This document shows positions 9,931 to 18,255 of a stretch of 64,000 nt of DNA, piece after piece (the first letter of the stretch is position 1; each line of letters opens with the position of its first letter). The notes under the pieces were generated by a model. That model saw only the letters and a program-made list of their open reading frames with translations. It did no database searches and had not been told where the DNA came from. Origin of the DNA: an uncultured Veillonellaceae bacterium. GTDB lineage: Bacteria > Bacillota > Negativicutes > JARBTT01. The stretch lies in contig CAWDTA010000003.1 in NCBI GenBank assembly GCA_963805085.1, positions 128,001 to 192,000 on the forward strand, given 5' to 3'. The position numbers and the translations under genes were made by a program.

Positions 9931-10830
9931 TTGTTAAAAGTTGGTTTTGTTGGATTAGGAATTATGGGTAGACCTATGGCATTAAATTTGCTAAAAGCTG
10001 GTATTGATACAACTGTGTATGATATCAATGCAAAAGCAGTTGAAGTATTGGTAGAGGCTGGTGCAAAAGCAGCAAGCTCGCCAAAAGAACTTGCTGCTGG
10101 TAGCGATGTTGTTATTACAATTGTACCAAATTCTGCAATTGTTAAATCTTTGTTAGAAGCTGAAGATGGCATTTTAGCTGGCGTAAAGCCTGGTACAATC
10201 ATTGTTGATATGAGTTCTGTGTCACCTGTAGCTTCTAAAGAGTTTGCAACAGCTGCTGCAAAACATGAGTGTCCATTCCTTGATTCACCTGTAAGTGGTG
10301 GAGAACCTGGTGCAATCAATGCAACACTTGCGTATATGATTGGTGGCGACGAAGCTGTTGTTGAAAAAATGAAAGACGTTTTCTTGGCAATGGGTAAATC
10401 AATCACTGTTGTAGGTGGCAATGGTAGCGGTTCAGTTGCAAAATTAGCGAACCAAATTATCGTTAACTTAAACATTGCAGCAGTATCAGAAGCACTTGTT
10501 CTTGCAGCAAAAGCTGGTGCTGATCCAGAAAAAGTTTACCAAGCAATCCGCGGTGGTCTTGCTGGTAGCGTTGTACTAGATGCAAAAGCACCAATGATGG
10601 TAGCGCGTAACTTTAAAGCAGGTGGAACGCTTGCAATTAACTTAAAAGATATAACAAATGTTATGGATACTGCTCAAAGTCTAGATGTTCCATTGATTCT
10701 TACTAGCCAATTAAAACAAATCATGCACAGCTTAAAAGCGGATGGTCATATCATGGACGACCATGGCGGAATTGTTCAATTCTACGAAAAATTAGCTGGC
10801 GTAGAAGTAAGAGCTGGCGGCATTAAATAA
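9931..10830 (+). CDS. garR: NAD(P)-dependent beta-hydroxyacid dehydrogenase (2-hydroxy-3-oxopropionate reductase GarR/LtnD family)
   Basis: GFVGLGIMGRPMA, DSPVSGG, KLANQ and LDAKAPMM motifs; TTG start with RBS. The true substrate is uncertain. Confidence 0.7.
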   Translation: MLKVGFVGLGIMGRPMALNLLKAGIDTTVYDINAKAVEVLVEAGAKAASSPKELAAGSDVVITIVPNSAIVKSLLEAEDGILAGVKPGTIIVDMSSVSPVASKEFATAAAKHECPFLDSPVSGGEPGAINATLAYMIGGDEAVVEKMKDVFLAMGKSITVVGGNGSGSVAKLANQIIVNLNIAAVSEALVLAAKAGADPEKVYQAIRGGLAGSVVLDAKAPMMVARNFKAGGTLAINLKDITNVMDTAQSLDVPLILTSQLKQIMHSLKADGHIMDDHGGIVQFYEKLAGVEVRAGGIK

Positions 10831-10896
10831 TTTTTGAGATATAGATTACGCATAAAAATATGGATTACCCCAAACGCAAAGATATTTATTACTAAC

Positions 10897-10943
10897 TTGA
10901 AAGAAGTAGAAGATTTTTAAGCCTTATTTTCTACTTCTTTCAA
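10897..10943. other. Intercistronic stem-loop without a U-tail
   Basis: TTGAAAGAAGTAGAAGAT...ATTTTCTACTTCTTTCAA. Confidence 0.5.
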
Positions 10944-10984
10944 AAAAATTATAAAATGCAATATGAGCAGAGGAGTAAAAGAGA

Positions 10985-12409
10985 ATGGCAAAAGTATTAA
11001 AGACAAAAGCATTTGAAATGATTCAAGATATCGCTGAAAAAATGGTGGATGAAAAATTAGCTGAGGCGTTAAAAACTTTTAACAAAAAGATTGTTGTCCT
11101 AGACGATGATCCAACAGGGGTACAAACGGTACATGATATCTCCGTATATACAGATTGGTCAGAAGAAAGTATTGCAGCAGGATTTGCTGAATCTAACGCA
11201 ATGTTTTTTATACTAACAAATTCCAGAGCTTTCTCAGCCGAAGAAACAAAACAAGCACATATAGAAATGGCAAATCGTATTGCTATAGAAGCAAAAAAAA
11301 CAGGCAAAGAATTTATGATTATTAGCCGTAGTGATTCTACTCTTCGTGGACACTTTCCATTAGAAACACAAACATTAAAAGTAGCAGTGGAAGCAAATTC
11401 TGGAACGAAAATTGATGGCGAAGTATTGATGCCAATTTTTAAAGAAGGCGGACGTTTCACAATTGGTAACGTTCATTATGTACAAGAGGGTGAGTTTTTA
11501 ACACCAGCTGGTGAAACAGAATTTGCCAATGATAAAACCTTTAGGTACAAGTCATCGAACTTAACTGAATATGTGGAAGAAAAAACAAAAGGTGAGTATA
11601 AAGCAGCTGATACGACTTGTATTTCATTAGAAAGTATTAGAAGTTTTGATATAGATGGTATTACAAAGCAATTATTACAAGTGAAGGAGTTCAATAAAGT
11701 AGTAGTCAATGCCGTTGATTATGTAGACGTTAAAGTATTTTCAATTGCACTTATTGAATCGATGGCGCAAGGTAAAAACTTCATGTTTAGAACAGCAGCC
11801 GCTTTTACAAAAGTAATTGGTGGCGTGAGCAATAAAGGCTTACTGCAAAAATCAGAACTTGTTGCAAAAGATAATAAAAATGGTGGTCTTGTGATTGTCG
11901 GTTCTCACGTAAAGAAAACGACAGAGCAATTAGCAGAACTACAAAAATGTGATTATGTAAAATTCATCGAATTCAATCACATGTTGGTACTTGAACCACA
12001 AAAATTGTCAGAAGAATTAAATCTTATTATAAGTACAACGGAAGAATGTATCAAAAATGGTCAAACTGTAACCGTATTTACTGGTCGTGAAAGATTAGAT
12101 GTTGGTAACCAAGAAGAATCTTTGAAAGTATCCGTTAAAATTTCTGAAGCAATTACGAGTATAGTATCAAGACTTGGCGTTAAACCAAGCTTCTTAATCG
12201 CAAAAGGCGGTATTACTTCTAGTGATGTTGGTACAAAAGGTCTTGCTGTTAAAAAAGCCAATGTTATGGGACAAGTAAAACCTGGTATTCCAGTATGGCA
12301 AACAGGTGCAGAAAGTAAATTCCCTAATTTACCATACATTATTTTCCCGGGAAATGTTGGCACTGTAACTACACTTCGTGAAGTTGTTGATATGTTAAAC
12401 GACAAATAA
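10985..12409 (+). CDS. Four-carbon acid sugar kinase family protein (DUF1537, SBD_N/NBD_C)
   Basis: VVLDDDPTGVQTVH, SRSDSTLRGH, VGSHV, KGGITSSD and IFPGNVG motifs. Confidence 0.9.
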   Translation: MAKVLKTKAFEMIQDIAEKMVDEKLAEALKTFNKKIVVLDDDPTGVQTVHDISVYTDWSEESIAAGFAESNAMFFILTNSRAFSAEETKQAHIEMANRIAIEAKKTGKEFMIISRSDSTLRGHFPLETQTLKVAVEANSGTKIDGEVLMPIFKEGGRFTIGNVHYVQEGEFLTPAGETEFANDKTFRYKSSNLTEYVEEKTKGEYKAADTTCISLESIRSFDIDGITKQLLQVKEFNKVVVNAVDYVDVKVFSIALIESMAQGKNFMFRTAAAFTKVIGGVSNKGLLQKSELVAKDNKNGGLVIVGSHVKKTTEQLAELQKCDYVKFIEFNHMLVLEPQKLSEELNLIISTTEECIKNGQTVTVFTGRERLDVGNQEESLKVSVKISEAITSIVSRLGVKPSFLIAKGGITSSDVGTKGLAVKKANVMGQVKPGIPVWQTGAESKFPNLPYIIFPGNVGTVTTLREVVDMLNDK

Positions 12410-12426
12410 GAAAGCAGGAAGAAACG

Positions 12427-13275
12427 ATGCTTGTTAATCTTAAAACAATTTTAAAATACACAGAAGAGCAAGAGCGTGCAATTGGGGCATTTAATGTTTA
12501 TAATTTAGAATCTATACTTGCTGTTGCCCAGGCATCACAAGAATTGAATCAACCGGTGATTCTTTCATTTGGGGAAGGCTATTTAAGCCATGCTCCAATC
12601 GAAGTCATCGCAACGATTGTACGAAAAATTTGTGCTGCTAGTGATATTCCAGTTGTACTTCATCTAGACCATGCCAAAGAGTTTTCTACAGTTATGCGCG
12701 CAATTCGTTGTGGTTTTACTTCGGTTATGTATGATGGTTCATATCTTCCATTAGAGCAAAATATTGCGAATACAAAGAAAATTATTGAAATCGCACAAGT
12801 AGTAGGGGTAAGTGTCGAAGGTGAACTTGGCTACATGAACAATGAAGATGGTAGTTGTGAACCGGGCTTTGAAATGGAAAAAGGTTATACGAGTGTAAGT
12901 GCGGCGGTGCAATATGCTAGCGGTACAGGGATTGATGCACTCGCAGTTGCCATTGGTAATGCCCATGGCATTTATAAAGGAATTCCTGAACTCGATTTTG
13001 ATCGACTAGGAGAAATTAGTGCAGCAATCAGTGTACCAGTGGTACTACATGGTTGCTCCGGTATTCCTGATGCGGCGATCAAAAAGGCAGTTTCTTTAGG
13101 CGTTCGTAAAATTAATGTAAATACAGAAATCTCAACAGGAGCGATTCGGGCAGCAAGAGAATTCTTAGAAAATCATACGGAAAAGAATACACGCTTTGAA
13201 ACAATGCTAAAAGCGAGCCGTCAGACAATGTGTGAAACAGTAAAAAATTATATTAATATGCTTGGTGAAAAGTAG
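12427..13275 (+). CDS. Class II (metal-dependent) ketose-bisphosphate aldolase
   Basis: HLDH, SVMYDGS, VEGELG, AIGNAHG, VLHG and KINVNTE motifs. Confidence 0.9.
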   Translation: MLVNLKTILKYTEEQERAIGAFNVYNLESILAVAQASQELNQPVILSFGEGYLSHAPIEVIATIVRKICAASDIPVVLHLDHAKEFSTVMRAIRCGFTSVMYDGSYLPLEQNIANTKKIIEIAQVVGVSVEGELGYMNNEDGSCEPGFEMEKGYTSVSAAVQYASGTGIDALAVAIGNAHGIYKGIPELDFDRLGEISAAISVPVVLHGCSGIPDAAIKKAVSLGVRKINVNTEISTGAIRAAREFLENHTEKNTRFETMLKASRQTMCETVKNYINMLGEK

Positions 13276-13314
13276 CGAGAAGAGAATTTAGACAATATAA
13301 GGGGGAGAAGTTAA

Positions 13315-14655
13315 GTGGACACTACTACATTTTTAGTAATGACGTTATTCTTAGCAATCGCATTAGTCGTTTTCCTTATCATGAAAGTTCGGTTACATGC
13401 ATTTATTAGTTTGATTATCGCGTGTATGTTTGTTGGAATTATGACAGGTATGCCTCTAGTTAAAATTTGTGCTTCCATTGAAGCTGGTATGGGGGGGACG
13501 CTGGGGTTCCTAGCGACTGTTCTCGGTCTAGGTAGTATCTTAGGCAAAATGCTTGAAACTTCAGGAGGCGCTGAACGCCTTGCAAGAACACTCATCAATG
13601 CACTTGGTAAAGAACGTGCAAGTTGGGCAATGATGGTTGTAGGTTTTATTACTGGGATTCCAGTATTTTTCCAAGTTGGTTTCGTACTATTAATTCCACT
13701 TGTTATCAGTGTTGCTAGAGCGACGGGGATGTCTATCGTAGCAATTGGTATTCCAATGGGGGTATCGCTTCAAATCGTTCACTGTATGTTACCACCACAT
13801 CCAGCGGCTATGGCAATTGCACAGTCTTTAAATGCTGACATTGGTAAAGTAATTATGCTTGGTATGCTTGTTTGTATCCCAGCAGCAGTTATTGGTGGTC
13901 CTATTTGGTCGAAATTTATCAAAGGTAATATCGAAGTAAATTTACCTGCACTTAATAAACCAGAAGAAGAACGTGTCTCCGATGATAAGTTACCTGGTTT
14001 CCTGATCACGTTATTTACGGTATTATTACCAATGATTATCATGGTTGCAAAAACCATCTTTGATTTAAGTGCTTTAAAAACTTCAGGTATGGCACCATTG
14101 GTAAATTTTATCGGTAATCCGATTACTGCACTTCTTATTTCTGCTTTCTTTGCGTATTGGTCACTTGGTCTTGCTCGTGGCATTGATATGAAACAAATCT
14201 TAAAATTTACGGATGAATCCTTTGGTCCAGTTGCTGGTATCTTACTTGTTATCGGTGCAGGTGGTGCATTTAACCGTGTATTACTTGATAGTGGACTTGG
14301 TGTAGAGCTTGGTAAAGTTCTTGCAAGCCTTCCTTTAAGCCCGCTTGTACTTGCTTGGCTTGTTGCTGCAATTATGCGTTTTGCTGTTGGTTCAGCAACC
14401 GTTGCAATGATGACAGCAGTTGGTATTGTAACCCCAGTTTTGGCGCAACATCCTGGTCTTGATCCAGCAATCGTTGCAATTGCTGTTGGTTCTGGCGCAA
14501 TCTGCTTCTCCCATGTTACAGATTCTGGATTCTGGATTGTTAAAGAATATTTCGGCTTGACTGTTGTTGGCGCATTGAAATCTTATACGCTAGCAACTTG
14601 TGTAGCATCTGTTGTAGCAATTAGCATGACTTTGTTGATATCAACAGTTTTATAA
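13315..14655 (+). CDS. GntP/DsdX-family H+ symporter for sugar acids
   Basis: GKMLETSGGAE, PPHPAA, GAGGAF, GSATVA and SHVTDSGFW motifs. Confidence 0.92.
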   Translation: MDTTTFLVMTLFLAIALVVFLIMKVRLHAFISLIIACMFVGIMTGMPLVKICASIEAGMGGTLGFLATVLGLGSILGKMLETSGGAERLARTLINALGKERASWAMMVVGFITGIPVFFQVGFVLLIPLVISVARATGMSIVAIGIPMGVSLQIVHCMLPPHPAAMAIAQSLNADIGKVIMLGMLVCIPAAVIGGPIWSKFIKGNIEVNLPALNKPEEERVSDDKLPGFLITLFTVLLPMIIMVAKTIFDLSALKTSGMAPLVNFIGNPITALLISAFFAYWSLGLARGIDMKQILKFTDESFGPVAGILLVIGAGGAFNRVLLDSGLGVELGKVLASLPLSPLVLAWLVAAIMRFAVGSATVAMMTAVGIVTPVLAQHPGLDPAIVAIAVGSGAICFSHVTDSGFWIVKEYFGLTVVGALKSYTLATCVASVVAISMTLLISTVL

Positions 14656-14677
14656 ACAATCGTGTTGATAAGTTGAC

Positions 14678-14721
14678 ACAAAAACACCCGCATCCATATA
14701 TCGGATAGCGGGTGTTTTTGT
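14678..14721 (+). terminator. Intrinsic terminator of the acid-sugar operon
   Basis: ACAAAAACACCCGC...GCGGGTGTTTTTGT. Confidence 0.8.
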
Positions 14722-14879
14722 ATTGATTATTATCTTATTAATCGTTATCTTTAGCAAATATTTTGTTTTTTGTCTCAAATGATGCAAAGAAAGCTCTAAG
14801 ATAAAAAATAAAAGTTTTTTTATTTTTCATCTTAGAGTATAATATAGGTATTATATTGGACTGGGAACGGAGCGTATGT

Positions 14880-15440
14880 ATGAACGAATTATTAAGAAAT
14901 GGTTTAATGAGGCGCAATTCACGTAATTTTGATACGAAACAAATTAGCGATAGTGAATTAACTGATATTATTGAAGCTGGTAAGTTTGTATCGAATATGA
15001 TTAATAATCAAGAATGGAACTTTACTATAATTCAAAATGTAGAAATTTTAAATAAAATTAACGAACTTTGCAGTAAATTGTTTTTCCAAAATGGCAAAGA
15101 AAAGTTGGAACTATTATATAATGAAGAAAATTTAAATTTCTTGTTTAATGCGCCGACGTTAATTATTATTTCAGGTAAAACTGATGATGAAGAAACACAA
15201 AATGCAGCACATGCAACTTTTGGTAATATGATGCTTGTAGCAGATAAAATGGGAATTGGTGCTTGTTGGAACTATTCTTTAAAATGTATGTTTGATACAG
15301 AAGAAGGTAAGATGCTAGCAGCGGAACTCGGTATTAAAAATGGCTATGTACCAATGAGTGTTGGCGTATTTGGCTATAAGACAACTCGTTCGGCGATTCA
15401 TTCCTTAGCAAAAGAAAATCTTGTACAAATCATAAAATAA
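14880..15440 (+). CDS. Nitroreductase-family flavoprotein (divergent)
   Basis: RRNSRNF, NQEWNF, NAPTLIII and NMMLVA..MGIGACW motifs. Confidence 0.8.
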   Translation: MNELLRNGLMRRNSRNFDTKQISDSELTDIIEAGKFVSNMINNQEWNFTIIQNVEILNKINELCSKLFFQNGKEKLELLYNEENLNFLFNAPTLIIISGKTDDEETQNAAHATFGNMMLVADKMGIGACWNYSLKCMFDTEEGKMLAAELGIKNGYVPMSVGVFGYKTTRSAIHSLAKENLVQIIK

Positions 15441-15449
15441 ATGAAAATT

Positions 15450-15492
15450 AATAAAACCTCACGTAACTAGATATAGTTCGTGAGGTTTTATT
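15450..15492. terminator. Bidirectional terminator between the nitroreductase and ribB
   Basis: AATAAAACCTCACG...CGTGAGGTTTTATT. Confidence 0.8.
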
Positions 15493-15508
15493 GCTTTATG
15501 TTAGATAT

Positions 15509-16153
15509 CTATTTACCGGTTGCTTTTCTATACTCAATGATATCGTTGATACTAACAAGTGTCATATCATGTTCTTTTGCATACGCAACAAGACCTGGAA
15601 GCCTAGTCATGGTTCCATCAGGATTTGTGATTTCACAAAGAACACCATAAGGTTTTAGTCCTGCCATACGGGCAATGTCAACACTTGCTTCTGTATGACC
15701 ATCGCGAACCAGTACGCCGCCATCTTTCGCGCGAAGTGGGAAAACATGGCCTGGTCGATTTAAATCACTTGGTTTTGCACCGTCAGCAATGGCTGCTTTA
15801 ATTGTAGTTGTACGATCGGCGGCGGATACGCCTGTGGTAACCCCAACTGCGGCTTCAATAGTTACCGTAAAGCCGGTGCCATAAGCACTGGTGTTATTTT
15901 CCACCATCATAGGAAGACCAAGTTCTTCTAATTTACGTTCTGGCAGGCAAAGACAAACGATTCCGCTACAATCGCGGATTAGCTGTGCGGTCTGTTCCAC
16001 GGTTAAATGCTGCGCTGCAAAGATAATATCGCCTTCGTTTTCACGATTTTCATCGTCGACAACAATAACTCCTTTGCCGACTTTGAAAGCTTCGATTGCT
16101 TGTTCTACACGCTTGATTGGGGTGCCAAATTGAGTTAATAAACTTTGATTCAT
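15509..16153 (-). CDS. ribB: 3,4-dihydroxy-2-butanone 4-phosphate synthase
   Basis: [32 protein letters not shown] and CEI motifs. Confidence 0.97.
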   Translation of the reverse strand: MNQSLLTQFGTPIKRVEQAIEAFKVGKGVIVVDDENRENEGDIIFAAQHLTVEQTAQLIRDCSGIVCLCLPERKLEELGLPMMVENNTSAYGTGFTVTIEAAVGVTTGVSAADRTTTIKAAIADGAKPSDLNRPGHVFPLRAKDGGVLVRDGHTEASVDIARMAGLKPYGVLCEITNPDGTMTRLPGLVAYAKEHDMTLVSINDIIEYRKATGK

Positions 16154-16239
16154 GGTAGAATTCCTCCAAAAATTTAATTGAACTTACCAGAATCAGGACG
16201 CGAAAAACAGACGAGCCAAAATATTTGGTTACTGCTTTA

Positions 16240-16376
16240 CTCTCTTTCATCCAGACTATCACTGTCGGTACTGGCATTGCACCAGTTCTGCTGACTTTCT
16301 TAAAAAAGAAACGCTTGCGGACTCTCTATTACTAGAATACCGCCGGTAGGGAATCACACCCCGCCCTGAGAATAAG
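16240..16376 (-). ncRNA. FMN riboswitch (RFN element)
   Basis: Minus strand reads CTCAGGGCGGGGTGTGATTCCCTACCGGCGGT...AGTCCGC...CAGAACTGGTGCAATGCCAGTACCGACAGT..AGTCTGGATGAAAGAG, upstream of ribB. Confidence 0.96.
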
Positions 16377-16587
16377 TTGCTAATTCATATGATACTACTA
16401 GAATGAATATTGTCAAGCAAGCAAGGAAATATGTAGAAAAAATAGTTGCTAAATACGAAGCAAGTTATTTATAATTAGGATTGTATTTGTTATGGGGAAT
16501 TTTCTATGCAAGGATGATTTTGCCTAGGCGTAAAAGGGGATTGATGATCTATAGCGAATTTAGTAATTAATTTAGAGGAGGTAGATT

Positions 16588-17487
16588 ATGAAAGTTATGA
16601 AAAAGATCATGTCGGTTGTGTTATTTGTAGTCTCAATCAGTATAGCAGCTTTTTCAAGTACTGTATCTGCAGCTGCAAGCGTAACGGAGGTTGATGCAAC
16701 ACAAAACATGAAAGCTGTATATGAAAAAATGTTAGCACTAGAAAATTATCATGCTGATATTGCAATTAATATTCAAACTTCATTAATGAATGTTACAGTA
16801 AATAATAGCAGTGATATTGAAGTCAATCCGATGCGGTATAAAAATGATTTGCAATTTGCGATGATGGACACGGCACATCGTTCGGTAAAAAGTAATATGA
16901 CACAGTATTTGGAGCAAGTCGATAATCAACTAATCAGTTATACAGAAACGGATGGCAAATGGGTCAAACAAACTTTGCCGTACATAAATAAAAAAAATGT
17001 TCCTGCTGACGATGTGGCGACCTGTATGAAGTTAATAAAAAAAGCAGTAGTTTCTGGCGAAACTGATACGGAGAAAGTAATGACGGTGACAATGGATAAT
17101 AAGGTTTTAAAAGAAATGACCATGGATATTTTAAAACAAAGTGGTAAAGAATATAAAGATTATATAGCTTTTACCGAAACCCTCTTTAATTCATTGGGTG
17201 AGATCAACTATATCATCAATGTTGATAAAACCACAAACATGGTAACGCATTTAAAAGCTGATTTATCTGATGCAACGCAAAAAAGTGTTTTAGCAATACT
17301 TAATCAATCAGCAATTCCTGAGAAAGAAAAAGCGCAGTTAAAAAGCTTATTTAGTAATGCGAAAGTCACGATGGATTGTGATTATTCAAACTTTAATCAA
17401 GTGAGTCCTATTGAAATTCCTCAAGAAGTGAAAGAAAATGCGGTAGAGCAAACGGAGAATCAACCGATTGTTCCGAGCACTATATAA
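16588..17487 (+). CDS. Secreted/periplasmic protein, DUF6612-like
   Basis: N-terminal signal peptide, beta-rich body, DGKWVK and C-terminal YSNFNQVSPIEIPQEV. Confidence 0.6.
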   Translation: MKVMKKIMSVVLFVVSISIAAFSSTVSAAASVTEVDATQNMKAVYEKMLALENYHADIAINIQTSLMNVTVNNSSDIEVNPMRYKNDLQFAMMDTAHRSVKSNMTQYLEQVDNQLISYTETDGKWVKQTLPYINKKNVPADDVATCMKLIKKAVVSGETDTEKVMTVTMDNKVLKEMTMDILKQSGKEYKDYIAFTETLFNSLGEINYIINVDKTTNMVTHLKADLSDATQKSVLAILNQSAIPEKEKAQLKSLFSNAKVTMDCDYSNFNQVSPIEIPQEVKENAVEQTENQPIVPSTI

Positions 17488-17489
17488 AT

Positions 17490-17528
17490 CTAGAGGGGCG
17501 GGAGTTTCTCTCCCAGCTCTATTTTTTC
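17490..17528 (+). terminator. Intrinsic terminator
   Basis: TAGAGGGGCGGGAG...CTCCCAGCTCTA followed by T6. Confidence 0.6.
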
Positions 17529-17559
17529 GAGTAGCTTTGTACTAAAAATGTACAGGGGC

Positions 17560-17715
17560 TTGCATTTTGGGGCTATAAATGCTATATTTATTCTAATAAA
17601 TGTTACAATTAAATGTAATTTTATAAAAAAGTGAACTGATTTTGTTCACATGAGCGAAGAGGCTTATCTAAGTAGTATTATAATTCAATACTGTTTAGAT
17701 GAGCTTCTTATTTTA
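17560..17715 (+). promoter_or_regulatory. PII gene promoter (TTGCAT-N17-TATATT, extended -10) and leader attenuator with candidate ANTAR hairpins
   Basis: A 23-bp stem (17657-17709) with four G:U pairs is followed by a T-rich tract. A small AGC-GAAGAG-GCT hairpin overlaps its 5' arm. Confidence 0.6.
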
Positions 17716-17799
17716 TTTATGGCAGAATAGGGTAACCTTTGCCTAATATAGAGGCTAAGATGTCAATGAAAAGATCAATCATTTAGGAGGAGTTTTCTT

Positions 17800-18159
17800 A
17801 TGTGCAAAATTACTAAAGTGGATATTGTAACTCGCCCAGAAAAACTAGAAGATTTAAAAGAAGCAATGAATGTAATTGGCGTTACTGGTATGACAGTAAG
17901 TCATGTGTATGGCTGTGGCTTGTCGAAAGGTCATAAAGAGGTTTATCGTGGCAAAGCGGTAGAAGTGACTCTTAACCCGAAAATAAAAGTGGAAATTGTT
18001 ATTTGTGAGGTTCCAGTAGAAGTAGTATTGGAAGCAGCAAAAAAAGCCTGCTGCACTGGCAATATTGGCGATGGTAAAATTTTTGTTTACGATGTAGAAA
18101 ATGCGGTGAAAATCCGTACTGGTGAACAAGGCAAAGCAGCAATCGTTGATAATCACTAA
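17800..18159 (+). CDS. glnB: PII nitrogen regulatory protein (GlnB/GlnK)
   Basis: GVTGMTVS, EVYRG T-loop, GNIGDGKIFV and IRTGE motifs. Confidence 0.9.
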   Translation: MCKITKVDIVTRPEKLEDLKEAMNVIGVTGMTVSHVYGCGLSKGHKEVYRGKAVEVTLNPKIKVEIVICEVPVEVVLEAAKKACCTGNIGDGKIFVYDVENAVKIRTGEQGKAAIVDNH

Positions 18160-18193
18160 AAGAGTTCCCGTATAAAGTTGAATAGACGAGACA

Positions 18194-18236
18194 AAAGGCT
18201 CATTTCTATGATTGTTTATCGTAGAAATGAGCCTTT
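18194..18236. terminator. Bidirectional terminator between the PII gene and recQ
   Basis: AAAGGCTCATTTCTATGAT-TGTTT-ATCGTAGAAATGAGCCTTT. Confidence 0.75.
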
Positions 18237-18255
18237 ACTTGCATTTGTGCTTGTA

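Noticed and set aside
16050-16277. 75-aa minus-strand ORF upstream of ribB
   Set aside because: It overlaps the FMN riboswitch and the ribB start, so the region is better explained as non-coding leader.
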